From Negaprion brevirostris (taxonomy: Eukaryota): a stretch of DNA of 64,000 bases. Shown piece by piece: positions 50,883-64,000 of this stretch. The stretch is from the NCBI GenBank assembly GCA_030324005.1, contig JARDVH010000140.1:21937561-22001560 (forward strand). Direction: 5' to 3'. The position numbers and the translations under genes are program-made. The notes below the pieces were generated by a model. That model was given only the letters and a program-made list of their open reading frames with translations. It had not been told where the DNA came from and searched no databases. Numbering within the stretch: position 1 is the first letter of the stretch; each line of letters opens with the position of its first letter.

Positions 50883-52645
50883 NNNNNNNNNNNNNNNNNN
50901 NNNNNNNNNNNNNNNNNNNNNNNNNNNNNNNNNNNNNNNNNNNNNNNNNNNNNNNNNNNNNNNNNNNNNNNNNNNNNNNNNNNNNNNNNNNNNNNNNNNN
51001 NNNNNNNNNNNNNNNNNNNNNNNNNNNNNNNNNNNNNNNNNNNNNNNNNNNNNNNNNNNNNNNNNNNNNNNNNNNNNNNNNNNNNNNNNNNNNNNNNNNN
51101 NNNNNNNNNNNNNNNNNNNNNNNNNNNNNNNNNNNNNNNNNNNNNNNNNNNNNNNNNNNNNNNNNNNNNNNNNNNNNNNNNNNNNNNNNNNNNNNNNNNN
51201 NNNNNNNNNNNNNNNNNNNNNNNNNNNNNNNNNNNNNNNNNNNNNNNNNNNNNNNNNNNNNNNNNNNNNNNNNNNNNNNNNNNNNNNNNNNNNNNNNNNN
51301 NNNNNNNNNNNNNNNNNNNNNNNNNNNNNNNNNNNNNNNNNNNNNNNNNNNNNNNNNNNNNNNNNNNNNNNNNNNNNNNNNNNNNNNNNNNNNNNNNNNN
51401 NNNNNNNNNNNNNNNNNNNNNNNNNNNNNNNNNNNNNNNNNNNNNNNNNNNNNNNNNNNNNNNNNNNNNNNNNNNNNNNNNNNNNNNNNNNNNNNNNNNN
51501 NNNNNNNNNNNNNNNNNNNNAAAAACAAAAAGTACAGAGAAAACTTAAGACACATCAAATCAAAATGTGATTGGCAGGGTCTATAACGCACCTCAGCCCC
51601 TGCGGTGCCCAGCGGGTCTCGTTGGAGTGGGGAGAGAGGGAGGGAATAGGTGATGTCCTGTTCTCTCCTCCTCCCCTCACCACCAACAACCCCACCCCTT
51701 CAAATGGGACTGGGTTGTGTGGGAAATGGGTGAGTTGCCCAGGGCTGTGAAGGTCACTCGCTCCAGAAATGTTCTGGAGGAAATATTAGTTCTTACAGTA
51801 TCACTCATGCACTGCTTACAAATTTGGCAACTGATTAGCTGTGTCAGAGTTAATGCTCCTGATCCCTTGAATACATTAAAAGTGCAAGAAAACAGATACA
51901 ATATAAATTGGTAACTACTGCAATTCAAGCTAAAATCTATAAGAAGGTTCTCAAGCTCAAGTGAAAAAATTCATAGGTGTGATTTAAAAAAAACGAAGCT
52001 GTTATTCTAAGTATAATATGCTCACAGAAGATCAAAACACTACGTTACTTGAAACAGTCAGTATGAATTCTGACCTTGTAGTCTGTACTCAGTACCTATT
52101 GAAGATTGACTGAAATTCGAACCTGGGATACCTGAGCATTCCTCTAGGTTTATGGTTTACTAGTTCAGTGAACCATACCACTGGGCCACAGGAGGAAGCC
52201 AAACACAACAGAGCATGCATCAGCTTCTAAATAAATGGTCAGCACAAAAGCTGGGAACCCAACTTGGCTCAACTGCTTCATAGAATCCCTGCAGTGCGGA
52301 AGGAAGCTATTTGGCCCATCGAGTATGTACCGACCACAATCCCACCCAGCCCCTATTCCCATAAAACCTACTTGGTTTTCTAGGTATCTAATTTTATGCC
52401 GCTTGTCAAGTTATCACACCTTTTGTTCTCAGCGGTGCAATGTATTTTGGGCAATGTGCATTTCAGACATTTTAGTATTTATAATGCCTTCAAGAATTCT
52501 TCAATTGGTACATTTGTGTGATACTGTTTTTGCTCATTTTGACTGTAGATTTAAAATGTTATTTCTGTCTTCAAGGTCAACCCCCTCCCCCCCACATCCG
52601 CAGAGTACATTAGAAACTAATTCATTCATTGGCATTCTGTTCTAG

Positions 52646-52842
52646 GAAGTGGTCAGCAGTCTGTGACTGGAGTGACTGAAGCAGATGACAGCAACAGTTA
52701 CTGGCGAATACGTGGAAAAAGTGATATTGTGTGCCAACGTGGAAATCCGGTAAAATGTGGTGAGACGATTCGATTGACCCATGTCAATACAGGTCGTAAT
52801 TTACACAGTCATCACTTTACATCACCGTTATCAGGAAACCAG
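52646..52842 (+). CDS. SDF2: Stromal cell-derived factor 2 exon 2, MIR domains (SGQQSVTGVTEADDSNSYWRIRGKSDIVCQRGNPVKCGETIRLTHVNTGRNLHSHHFTSPLSGNQ)
   Basis: ttctgttctag acceptor, gtgagt donor, 197 nt, phase 1 to 0; peptide matches SDF2; head-to-head synteny with SUPT6H favours SDF2 over SDF2L1. Confidence 0.95.
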
Positions 52843-53054
52843 GTGAGTTGTCTGCATTGGTAATGAAGACATCTCTTCAGCACCTGCATCCTCTGTGTGA
52901 GCTTTTAAAAATTATAAGTCATCCTAAATTACTAAGCACTTTGCTGAAATTTTCAACTAGAAATAAAATTAGCTTTGGTAGTAACAACACTATCCATTGC
53001 TCTGTAGTCTACCTCTGTCAGGCTCTTTATTTTTATCCAGATTGGCTGAAAACC

Positions 53055-54210
53055 TTTTTATTCATTGACGGGATGTGGGGTCAGTGGCCAGGTCAGCATT
53101 TGTTGCCCATCTTGAATTGCCCTTGAGAAGGTGGTGGTGAGCTACCATTTTAAATGCTACAGTCCCTGTGGCATGAGTACACCTGATGTGGAGTTGTGTA
53201 ACCTCGTGTTGTGAGACTTCTTACTGTATGAGTATACCCACAGTGCTGTTAGGGAGGAGTTCCAGGATTTTGACCCAGCAACAGTGAAGGAATGGCAATA
53301 TATTTTCAAGTCAGGATGGTGAGTAACTTGGAGGGGAAACATGATGCTGCTATATGTCTGCTGTCCTTGTCCTTCTAGATGACAGTGGTTGTGGGTTTCA
53401 AAGGTGCTACCTAAGGATGGTGAGTTCCTTCAGTGCATCTTGTTGATTGTAGCAGCGGTCTGCACCATGTGTCAGTGGTAGTGGGAGGGAATGTGGATGG
53501 AGTGTTAATCGACGGGCTGCTTTGTCCTGGTTGGTATTTCCGAGTGTTATCGGAGCTACACTCCTCCAGTCAGAGTACGCCATCACACTCCTGACTTGTG
53601 CCTTGTAAATTGTGGACTGGCTTTGGAGTGTCAGGAGGTGAGTTACTTACCGCAGGATTCCTAGCCCCTGACGTATGCTAGCAGCCACAATATTTATATG
53701 GCTTGTCCAATTAAATTTCTGGCCAGTGGTAACTCCTGGGATGTTGATAGCGATGGATTCAGCAATGGCAGTGCCATTTAATGTCAAGGGATGATGATTA
53801 CATTTTCTCACTGGGGAGGTTATTGACCGGTGTTTGTGTGGTGTGAATGTTACTTGCCACATGTCAGCTCAAAACTAGATATTGTCCAGTTCTTGCTACA
53901 TTTGTGGTAGGAACCTTAGGAACATGCAAAAATGGAACAACAATTTAGTACTTCTGGCTAAAAGTGGTTTCAGACACTTCAGCCTTGTCTTTTGCACTGA
54001 TGTATTGGGTTGCCTCATCATTGAGAGTGAGGCTGTTCCTGGATCTTCCTCCGGTTATTTAACTGTTCTCCGTAAGTTACAATTGGATGTGGCTGGACTG
54101 CAGAATTTTTTGGTCTGTTTGTTGTGGCTTCAACATGTTGTCACCCAATTTTCAGGTGTCTGTGCTGCTCCTCACATGTCCTTCTGCTATCCTCATTGAA
54201 CCAGGGACGG
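53055..54210 (-). mobile_element. LINE-A fragment
   Basis: Minus-strand WQVTFTPHK..INIPGVTTGQKFNWTSHINIVAA..LGILR and the shared tail. Confidence 0.75.
53184..53227. mobile_element. 44-bp collapsed Penelope-derived insertion with 11-bp TSD inside LINE-A
   Basis: TSD ATGAGTA(C/T)ACC at 53173-53183 and 53228-53238; begins tgatgtggag and ends gtgttgtgagacttcttactgt like the larger fold-back copies. Confidence 0.75.
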
Positions 54211-54214
54211 TCCC

Positions 54215-54670
54215 CTCGTACAAAGAAGTTTAACGCAACTGATTCCTGAGATGACGTGGTTACCTTATGAAGGAAGGTTGGGCAGGTTGCACCTGTATCC
54301 ATTGGAGTTAAGAACATGAGAGATGATCTTGTGGAAGAGCTGAGCAGACTTGACACAGTGGAGGCTGAGAAGATGTTTCCCCTTGTGGGGGGAGTCAAGA
54401 ATTAAAGGCACAGTTTAAAAGTAAGGTGGCTCCCACTTAAGGTGGAAAGGAGGAGAGATATTTTGAGTCATTAACATGTGAAATTCTCTTAGCCAGAGAG
54501 CTGTAGAGGCAGGGTTGCTGAAAAGATAGATTCTTATTTGGAAGGGACTAGTGAGGATATGGAGATGAACAGGAAGGTGGAGTTGAGGCCATAATCAGAT
54601 CTGCCAAGTGGTGGAACGGGCTCAAGGGGCTGAATGGCCTACTCCTGCACTTAATTTGTATGTTATATAT
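54215..54670 (+). mobile_element. CR1 LINE 3' end
   Basis: ttatgaaggaaggttg..cattggagttaagaacatgagagatgatctt..aggggctgaatggcctactcctgc..tgtatgtt. Confidence 0.75.
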
Positions 54671-55019
54671 ATGTTTGTATGGAATACAGTTTGACTGCTG
54701 ATGGCCAACAGTATCTGAGCAATAAATTAGATCCTGTTAAAGGCACATCTGCAGCCCATCTTCCCATCTTTTGTGTGTGACTCTTCTGCTTTCTCTATCT
54801 CCTTCCTGATTTTCTCACCTCTGTTTTCTCTTTTCCCTCCTTGTTTAGATGCTATCTCAACTACCACCTCTGACTTACTGTCAAGTAGTGGAAAGTTTTA
54901 AAAAATATGTAAAGAGCAGTTCCGATGAGCGAATTATTAATCTCTGTATGAATTTGAATGTCCTAACATTCATTGTTACTGTTGCTTTCTGAAAGATAAA
55001 CATTCTTTAAAACTTTGCT

Positions 55020-56100
55020 TTGAAATGTGGGTGACCATAGCAAGATGATCATTTATTGCCCAATCATAATAATAGAAGATGGTGGATCTTTTTCCTGATC
55101 ACTGTCACCATTGCTCCCATAAGTGTTTCAGGAATTCCAGGATACTGGCTGAACAGAGATGAAAAGTTGGTCATAAACATCCAAGTTAGGATGGTGTGTG
55201 ACTTGGAGTTGATCATATTCCCATGTTGTCTTTTTCAGTGGTGAAGGTCACAGGGACCATGGAGGTGCGAGTTGGTGCTGTACATCCTTTATATTTTGTA
55301 TATGGTACTGACAGTTTGCCAGACAGACTGCTTTGTCCAGGATGGGGTCAAGCTTTTTGAATAGTGTCATGGCTGTACCAATCTGGGCAAGTGCTCAATA
55401 TGTATCACTCTCCTGACTTGAACCTTACAAATGGTGCGGGGTGGGGAGCGGGCGTGGTGTCGGATAATGAGCCATTCATTACTGACTACCTGGTCCTTGT
55501 CCTGTTCCTATAATCATGGTATTGACGTGGTTGACTCCAAGATGTTGATGAAAGAGAGATTTAGCGATGGCGGTGCTGGTAATGTTGATGGAGAGATTCG
55601 TTGGCTTTCTCTGTCTTAATGTATTTATGTAACATGAATATTACAAGTGTAAACCCGGATTGTTCCAGGCTTTGCAGCAGGCTGGATGAAGCTGCTTTGT
55701 TTTTGGAGAAGTTATGAATGGAACTGAACACTGAAATACGGCGAGCTACTCCACTCTTGGCTTTCTGACAGGGATGGTAATTCAAGAAGCTGAAGATGGT
55801 TACACTGCGGAAGCTTTTCTGAGGGCCTGTAGCAGTGATGACCAAGATTGTGGTGATGTGGCCCCAATAAACATAATACAGTTTTATGTCTGTTATAAAT
55901 GTAGCTACTGGAGGCTTTTTCCTTTCAACGTCGATCAAGCACTGCCCCCCATGCCGAATTGACTTGATTTTCTATGGCTTTTTAGTGTCATGTTAGGGCC
56001 GTGATGTTGAGAGAAGAAAACCTTAACCTTGGCACTCAGTTCTGTGTTCACGTTTATATCAAACTTGGAACCAAATGATTCCAGCAGAGTCTCAACTGTG
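55020..56100 (-). mobile_element. Older, more decayed LINE-A fragment
   Basis: atgtgggtgac..catttattgccc..gttaggatggtgtgtgacttggag pattern shared with 53055. Confidence 0.55.
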
Positions 56101-56794
56101 CAACCTGATGGGTATTCATAAAGACACCAGTCAAGTCTGATGGTTAAAGGGGCTGACTCTGTATCAGGTTAAGGACTGTTGAGAGCAGCACAGAACAGGA
56201 GGTGTAGCTATGGAACAAACTCAGGAATTGCTTCGACAGTGGCTGTTGCTATGCCTTGAGTGACTGAACCCTGTCAGATTATGACCCTGTGACAAGAAGC
56301 ATGACTCTCCCTATTCATAACCAAAAAGATAGTGATTGTTTAGTGCCTGTCCTGTGAGTACTTGACTGGAAGCATGATCAGTACCAGCAGGATATCTATA
56401 AGGAGAAGAAACAAAGAGACATCGGCAGCAGTAACCCAGATTAACTACAGAAAAAGCAGCATGATCCTGACTCTGATTGGAACAAAACCCATCACCAGGG
56501 TATCTGATGAGTTTGCTCCACATTAGGTAGTATCTGTAAGACAGAGTTGTGAGTTTGGATATTGAGGTTAGTTATTTTTGTGCGTAACAAAGTATGTCAG
56601 AGGTCAGTTACTTTGTGTATAAAGACGTTTGATGCCTGGTGTAATTTTTAGGTAATTTGGTACAGTACAATAAAGGATATTTGTTCTGCAATAATTCAGA
56701 GTTTGACTGTCTTTGTCCATTGTGACAGTTGACTTGAGTTCGAGGGCAATAACTGGGTATCAGGAGGCTCCTTAAATTACTTTCCTGATGTAAA

Positions 56795-57045
56795 AAAGTT
56801 CTTTGATCAGATGTGGGCATATCTGGCAAGCCCAGCATATGTAGTCCATCCCTAATTGTTCTTGAACTGAATGGTTTGCTAGGCTACTTTAGAGCGAAGT
56901 TAAGAGTCAGCCACATTGCTGTGGGTCTGGAGTCACATGTAGGCCAGACCAAGNNNNNNNNNNNNNNNNNNNNNNNNNNNNNNNNNNNNNNNNNNNNNNN
57001 NNNTTTACAACAATCAATAGTTTCCTGGTCACCATCACCTGACAC
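56795..57045 (-). mobile_element. SINE of the same family as 41370-41535
   Basis: gatgtgggcatatctggc..ccatccctaattg..gttaagagtcagccacattgctgtgggtctggagtcacatgtaggccagacc. Confidence 0.65.
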
Positions 57046-57689
57046 CAGTGTATATTTTGGCTTCCACAGATTTGTTCTGCGTAAGGTGAATATGTCTGCT
57101 TTCTGTGGGTATCAGTGCAGTATTTCATAACATTGCATGATCATAAAAATATGCATGTGTAAATAGATTGGCATTTATATTCACAATACTGTAGTCTGGT
57201 TGCTTATTGAGAACATTAAGACTGAGTGAAGCTATTCTAAAGACACTGCTGATGTGTCGTATCTGAATCACCGCAGAATGGAGTCAGTGCAGGCCTGACT
57301 TTTATTCTTCTAATACTGCTTTTGATGGGTCACAGCTACTTACTTAAAATTTATTTACAGTTAAAGCTGGGACTAATTTGATTCTCTTCTCGACAATATT
57401 GTCAATATCACAACAATATTGTGTCAAGCAGACAATATGTCTTCTTGACATGATTGAACAATTTTTGTTTTGTTTGTCTGAACAAATTTGAGACTTTCAA
57501 GAGGGGGCAGCCTTGAGCTGTAAATCATGTTTTTCATTTGGTTGATTCACATTTTGAAGTTTTATAAATTGAGTTGATGGTGCTTTTGTTTTGAGGGCAG
57601 TGGATTCTTGTTATAAATTGATATTTAGCATGTCTCAATGTTGACCTTGGCTAATGTTTAATTTAATGTCCAATTCATTAAATACTAAA

Positions 57690-58570
57690 AACTGGCTGAC
57701 AGGTGACTTGATCAAAATTTTCAAGGTATGAAGGGAAACTGGGTAAAGAGTGAGAAATTGTTCTTTCTGGTTGAAGAGTCTAGGACTAGGGGGCATAGTC
57801 TAAATTAGAGATAGTATAGTAAACTTAGAAAACCTTCCTACATGCACAAAGTAGTAAAAATTTGGAACACTGCCACAAAGGGCAGTTAGACGTAGCGGTT
57901 AGCACTGCTGCCTCACAGCGCCGGGGTCTTGGGTTCAGTTCCCGGCTTGAGTCATTGTCTGTGCGGAGTCTGCATGTTCTCCCTGTGTCTGTGGGAGGAA
58001 CCAAAGGTNNNNNNNNNNNNNNNNNNNNNNNNNNNNNNNNNNNNNNNNNNNNNNNNNNNNNNNNNNNNNNNNNNNNNNNNNNNNNNNNNNNNNNNNNNNN
58101 NNNNNNNNNNNNNNNNNNNNNNNNNNNNNNNNNNNNNNNNNNNNNNNNNNNNNNNNNNNNNNNNNNNNNNNNNNNNNNNNNNNNNNNNNNNNNNNNNNNN
58201 NNNNNNNNNNNNNNNNNNNNNNNNNNNNNNNNNNNNNNNNNNNNNNNNNNNNNNNNNNNNNNNNNNNNNNNNNNNNNNNNNNNNNNNNNNNNNNNNNNNN
58301 NNNNNNNNNNNNNNNNNNNNNNNNNNNNNNNNNNNNNNNNNNNNNNNNNNNNNNNNNNNNNNNNNNNNNNNNNNNNNNNNNNNNNNNNNNNNNNNNNNNN
58401 NNNNNNNNNNNNNNNNNNNNNNNNNNNNNNNNNNNCCTACCGTACTCCCCTCTGTTCAAACAAAGGACGCGTGTCCGGGAACCCACTTTCTCCTCCTCCA
58501 TCTGCACCAGAAGCTCCACCATACAATGATCACTCTCCCCAAGAGGATCCTTCACCACAAGGTCCCTAAT
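57690..58570. mobile_element. CR1 fragment, V-SINE head (57881-57992) and minus-strand CR1 endonuclease fragment (58436-58570) around an N-gap
   Basis: gcggttagcactgctgcctcacagcgcc head; minus-strand VKDPLGESDHCMVE (SDH motif). Confidence 0.7.
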
Positions 58571-58926
58571 TCTACCTAATTTAACTTTGTCACATTTGGG
58601 AGAATGTGCATTGATTTGAGTGTATTTTCCCCTCTCTGCATTGAAAAAAAGGAAGAGTATCTCAGGATTTTGGTTTGGTTTTGATTCTTTGTGGGGTCAG
58701 AATTCCAATCCTCTCAAAAAGGAGTTTTTTGTTCCTAGTGAGCAGGAAGTGTGACTGTGACATCTGATCTCTTGTTGTTCTGCATAAGACAGATGTTACA
58801 GTAATATAAACTTAAATCACATTTTAGTTACATGGTTATTAATAGGAAATCTTGAGGTCCAGTGTGACTTGATGAATGTCTAGACGAATGAGATTAATTA
58901 TAATTCCTGACTCAGCTTTCTTTTCC

Positions 58927-58970
58927 ACACACACACACACACAAAAACACACTCACTCTCTCTCTTTCTC
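58927..58970. repeat. (CA)n/(CT)n microsatellite
   Basis: acacacacacacacacaaaaacacactcactctctctc. Confidence 0.8.
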
Positions 58971-61009
58971 ATTTTGGAGCTTCTGATTTGCAACTGGCCT
59001 TGGCTTATTTTCCGAATGTTTGATTCCTGCCTCCAAGTGGTGTTGTGCCAGAATTAAACACTGCAGGCAATAGATTACCCATCTACCGACTCCCACACTG
59101 TCTTAAATATCTTAGATTATGGTTGGATTTGAACTGATAATCTTGAATGAATGGGAAGAGCATAGAATGCTTCTGACCTTTTATCACTTTTTTAATAGTG
59201 TGTACTGAAAATAAAATTTCACTTTTTAAAAAGTAAATGTTCTCCTGTTCAGGGCCAATTTTGAAACACAAGATATCTTGGAATTTGTCAATAAGGCCTG
59301 TGAATTTTCCACCATTCTGTTTTATTTCATAAAGTTGAAGCAGCACCCCCCTGCTAAAAATCTTCAACCTTGATATCATTTACAAGCTTCACAGGTTTAT
59401 TCACAGTGCAATCCACTGACATAGTTATCTGGTTCATCTTAAATTCATTTTGGAACTAAATATCTTGATGTAATCATTTCTGAGCTATATCCGTGTGTTT
59501 GCCAGGCTGAGAGATGAATACTTCTCCCGTGAGTTAAGCACTCTTGACCTCTCCCACAAGATACAATAAGTCTACATTGTGCTAGCTCCTGTATTGTCAC
59601 AACATAAAAAGTTTGGTCATCAGAGTCAGGCTGGTTTTTAATTTGTAGTGAACTTTGCATTTGGCAAAATATGTGGGCATAGATTTTGCAATCAGCAGTG
59701 AAGCAATGGTGCATGCTGCTGAACTTGAACAGCTCATAAGATCTAATGATACCTATAATATTATGATGTTAGCTTGAATCTAGCAACATGTCCAGAAACA
59801 ACAATGTAATCAAAAAGGTGAAGTGACCATTGTATTTTCTTAAACCAAGAAGAACAAAAGCACTGATTGTCATATATTCTTGAGTAATAGCCGATTGTGT
59901 GTAAAGATTGACCCCTGACCTTTGACCGAAAAATCCTAACTCTACTAACCGCCTGCCCGTGGCCTCTCCCACAGCTCAAGAGAGGGGTGGTGAGATGGAG
60001 AGTCAGGTGGGAATAGGAAAGCCTCTTAGAGCGTGGGAGAGGCTGCTCAGAAATGGCGCTGATCAAGCTCTGACTGCCAAAGAATTCAATCCTTACAAAA
60101 AGATTGTGTGCATATAAGTCAATCCCTTATTGTTTACCTACAAATTTGGCCTCTTAATTTAATTACACTTGAGATTGAAGTGCATGATTGTTAAAATATC
60201 AGGAACAACATTTTAAATATAATAAAAATAGATGGAATTTTTGTTATAGTTGAGAATTGCACAAATATTAAAATTAGTAATTTAGTACCAGTGGGGCTAT
60301 TAAACGGTAATTATGAACTTAGTACACTTCAAAAAAAATCCAGTCGCAAATCATTTCACAAAGTTGAGCTTTTTCAAAGGTTTTTACAGCAAGATTAAAT
60401 AGTGTAAAAGGGTGAAATCTTGTCATTTTTCTGTCTTCTAATTGATTGTAGACTGGTGGGCCATCAGCAACACACCCTCGGGGGAAACAGAATGGTAAAC
60501 AGAATGGTGAACAGCAATATCTGCTTTCTCACATTCCCACGTAACTACCCACATGTGGATTCCAGAAGTTGCTGTCAGTTCTCAGGGGAGTAATGGTGGG
60601 GAATACTGACAGCTTTGGCATTATTGTTCCTGCAAAATCCTGGCCAGAGTTCTGTGGGACGAGATGTCTTTTATTTAATTCTAATGTACCCTAACATTTT
60701 TTTCATCCCAGCTGAGAACCATGACATGACATGCTGGACGTGGGTTTGATTACTACTTCACTAAACATGTTCATAACCCAAATTAGATTGCGAACTGAAT
60801 GTCTGGTTAGTTCTTTGTGGTACTTTATTTATCAAAAGGGTTTCTTGCTACATTTTTACGTTGATTAGAAACCTGTTTTAAAGTTTCACTTATTTTTGGA
60901 AAACTCTTGGGTTAAATTGTATCAGTCTGTTATCTGTTGCTAAACAATCTATGCTGAACTAAATGACATCTTATTCATTTGTAAAGTTCTTGTTTCTGTT
61001 TCGAAGGCT

Positions 61010-61365
61010 TGTGGGCACAAACTCCACGTCAAGGCCTAAACACATTGCAGACTGACACTTCAATGTGATATTGAAAGAGGGAGTGCTATGGCTTTGTCAT
61101 TCGGATAAAATGCTAAACATTTTGAAGAAGATTAGGGAGTTCTCCTCGTGCCCTGGCCAACATTCACCCTTCGATCAACAACACCAAGATAGAGTTTTGG
61201 ATATAAATTTCAGTATTGATATAGGACTGAACTGTACATGAATTGGCTGTCACATTTTCTATAAGACAGCAGTTCCATTTCAAAAGTAACTCATTGACTG
61301 CAAAACATCTTAACATGCCTGGAGAACCAAAATGTTCTATATAAAGTCAATTTTCCTTTCCTTTG
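61010..61365 (+). mobile_element. Deu-domain SINE, degenerate
   Basis: gctgacact-like body, gggagtgct..tttgaagaagattagggagttctcctcgtgccctggccaacatt, L2-like tail ctatataaagtcaattttcctttcc. Confidence 0.6.
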
Positions 61366-62759
61366 CTTTGTTCCACAATTGAGGCAAATAGCGAAGCACT
61401 GTTTAATTAAATATTTCAATTTAGTTTCTTTAAACTATTTTCCAGTTCTAAACTGAGAACACAGAGATTGAATTCAATCTGGAAATGTTTAGCAACACAA
61501 GCATCATTAACGAACAAAGCATTTAATGTATTTTTACTCCAAACCAGTATCTTGACCTTGAAGGATTCATTAAAATGATGTAAGCTTTGCGGTGCTAAGC
61601 TTTTTTTCCCTCATTTTGCTTAACATTTTAAAACATTTCTACAGAACCCTTGAGGAAAGATTTCATCTAATGCTTTGGAAGCAGTGATGAATTACCTTGA
61701 ATTTACATTAACATGAACTTAATTATTTTTGGATTAGTTTAGCCCCAATCCTCACTGGTGAGGTTTCACACTTGTCGTAATCAGCTCCCAAAGCTCTAAA
61801 TTGTGACGATCCCATGCCTAGAGGATATCTGGGTCTACAGCTGATCTGAACTTTCGTAGATGCTAAAAAGAAATGCATCATTCTATGAGGTACAAATATT
61901 TTCATCTTCTAATCGTGCACATATTGAATCTTATTGATCACATAGAATTGATCAGCACAAGGCTTTTTGAGTAGGGTTGATATTTGTCAGTTTATCAAAG
62001 CAGAACAATAATTTGTGAAACATTCACGTGATTGTCTCTGTGTACTGATTGACGATGAGCAAGTCTATTGCAAGCCTGTAGCTATTTCTGTTGTCAGAAC
62101 AATGATCTCAAAAAAATCCATGGGCCAACTAACGTAACAGTTTCTAAAGCACAAAAGANNNNNNNNNNNNNNCAGTTCCTGTTTACAGCTTCAAAATTTT
62201 GATTGCATTCTCTTGTAATTTACTGATCTCAGCTGGAAAAATATGCTGACCCTTGTAGAATTTTCTGCTTCTATCTATTTAATGGAGAATTTGATCTCAG
62301 ATGGAAATAGAAATGAAATCCAGTTTCAATTTTGATCAGCTTTACTCTTTAGAGTTGAGTTTGATTTTAGCAAAGTCAAATTCTCGAACTTATTTAAATA
62401 CCTAAAAGGCAAGTAAAAAGCAATTTGAATCTATTTCCATTTATAAATTTCCAGTTCTACTCATTTAAACATAACTTAAAATGCCTCTGTTACTAACATA
62501 AATCTTAATTAAAAAATATGTGGCTCATTTCACAAGTCTGTAACTGTCAGGGAGCTTGTCCACTGGCTATGCATATCTGGGGTTCAGGTATGTGTGCTCA
62601 CAATTTTTCAATGCATCAGGTCAAGATTTCCTTGCCTGGTACTTGTAATTATAAAAGCAGCTCCAGAAAATCAAATTCAACTCTAAAGAAAAGTAAGCCT
62701 CCAGAGACAGAACAGATCTAAGTTTATCACCTTTAGGTCCTGACAGAACTTTGATACTT

Positions 62760-63846
62760 TGTCTAAGACACTATTATTCTCACAAAACTCATCTCCAAAT
62801 TCTATGGCCTGGGCCTCGGCACCTCCTTCTGCAGCTGGATCCTGAACTTCTTAATTCACAGACCACGATGAGTAAGAATAGGCAACAACACCTCCTCCAC
62901 GAACATCCTCAACACCGATGCCCCACAAAGCTGTGTTCTCAGCCCCCTACAATACTCCTTAAATATCTATGATTGCTCGGCCAAATTCCCCTCCAATTCG
63001 ATTTTCAGGTTTGCTGATGACATCACCATAGTGGATCGGATCTCAAACAATGATGAGACAGTACAGGAAAGAGATAGAGAATCTGGTGAACTGGTACAGC
63101 AACAATAATCTCCCTCAATGTCAGCAAAACGAAGGAGATTGTCATCGACTTCAGAAAGTGTAAAGAAGAGCATGCCCCTGTCTATGTCAATGGAGACAAA
63201 GTAGAAAGGTCGAGAGCTTCAAGGTTTTAGGTGTCCAGATCACCAACAACCTGTCCTGGTCCTCCCATGCCAACTCTATAGTTAAGAAAGCTCACTAATG
63301 CCTCTACTTCCTAAGAAGACTGAGGAAATTTGGCAGATCAGCTATGACTCTCACCAACTTTTACAGATGCACCATAGAAAGCATTCTTTCTGGTTGTATC
63401 ATAGCTTGGTGTGGCTCCTGCTCTGCCCAAGACTGCAAGGATCTACAAACAGTCATGAATGTAGCCCAATCTATCATACAAACCAGCCTCCCGCCCATTG
63501 ACTCTGTCTACACTTCCCGCTGCATCAGCAAAGCAGTCAATATAATTAAGGACCCCATGCACCCAAGACATTCTCTCTTCCACCACCTTCCTTTGGGAAA
63601 AAGATACAAAAGTCTGAGGTGTCATGTACCAACTGACTGAAGAACAGCTTCTTCCTTGCTGCTGCCAGACCTTTGAATGGACTTATCTTGCATTAAGTTG
63701 ATCTTTCTCTGGACCCTAGCTATGACTGTAACACTACATTCTACACTCTTTTCCCTTCCCTATGAACGGTATGTTTTGTCTGTATAGCACGCAAGAAACA
63801 ATGCTTTTCACTGTATGGTAATACATGTGATAACGAATCAAATCAA
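62760..63846 (+). mobile_element. Rex1/Babar-clade LINE, RT to 3' tail
   Basis: APQSCVLSPL, RFADDITIVDRI and NFYRCTIESILSGCIIAWCGSCSAQDCKDLQTV relics; tail ttttcactgta..catgtgataacgaatcaaatcaa. Confidence 0.85.
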
Positions 63847-64000
63847 GTAGTAGATGTTCATGTTTGCTGACATAGTTACCATCTCGAGGCAATTATATCA
63901 TGGTAAGACCTACAGTAAAGCTTAATAGTGCTTTTGCCTTCAAATGCATATGCTTTCCAGGAGTTCTCGAATAGTGATCGAGAGTGTCAGTCAGCCCCCA

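Noticed and set aside
50620-51591. Long ORFs of 200-320 aa here and at 12908-13441 and 57862-58579
   Set aside because: Length comes from N-gaps translated as X.
63930-64000. Acceptor-like tgctttccag|GAG as SDF2 exon 3
   Set aside because: Translates EFSNSDRECQSAP, not the expected EVSAFG..GEGD; exon 3 is likely beyond the window or in a gap.

Overview
Vertebrate nuclear DNA from a gapped draft assembly, most likely a shark (inference from HE1-like V-SINEs, Deu-domain SINEs and abundant CR1, RTE, L2, Rex1 and Penelope repeats). Two genes lie head-to-head. SUPT6H (Spt6 histone chaperone/elongation factor, minus strand) shows 18 coding exons that splice into one uninterrupted frame of 839 codons (ATG at 48037) and continues past the left edge. 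SDF2 (plus strand) has a probable start at 50822 running into an N-gap and a clear exon 2 at 52646-52842; its last exon is not visible. A SUPT6H intron holds a full-length RPS27 processed pseudogene. The most interesting non-genic system is a set of Penelope-like retroelement relics (one with a GIY-YIG C-terminus) carrying minimal hammerhead ribozyme motifs, four of them short fold-back insertions with 11-14 bp target-site duplications. Also notable: a degenerate env-like LTR element with LTR and PBS at its 3' end, a 34-bp minisatellite with CTCF-like motifs between the two promoters, and a candidate microexon in SDF2 intron 2. Exon boundaries were read base by base; most repeat boundaries are approximate and family names come from motif recognition, not searches.
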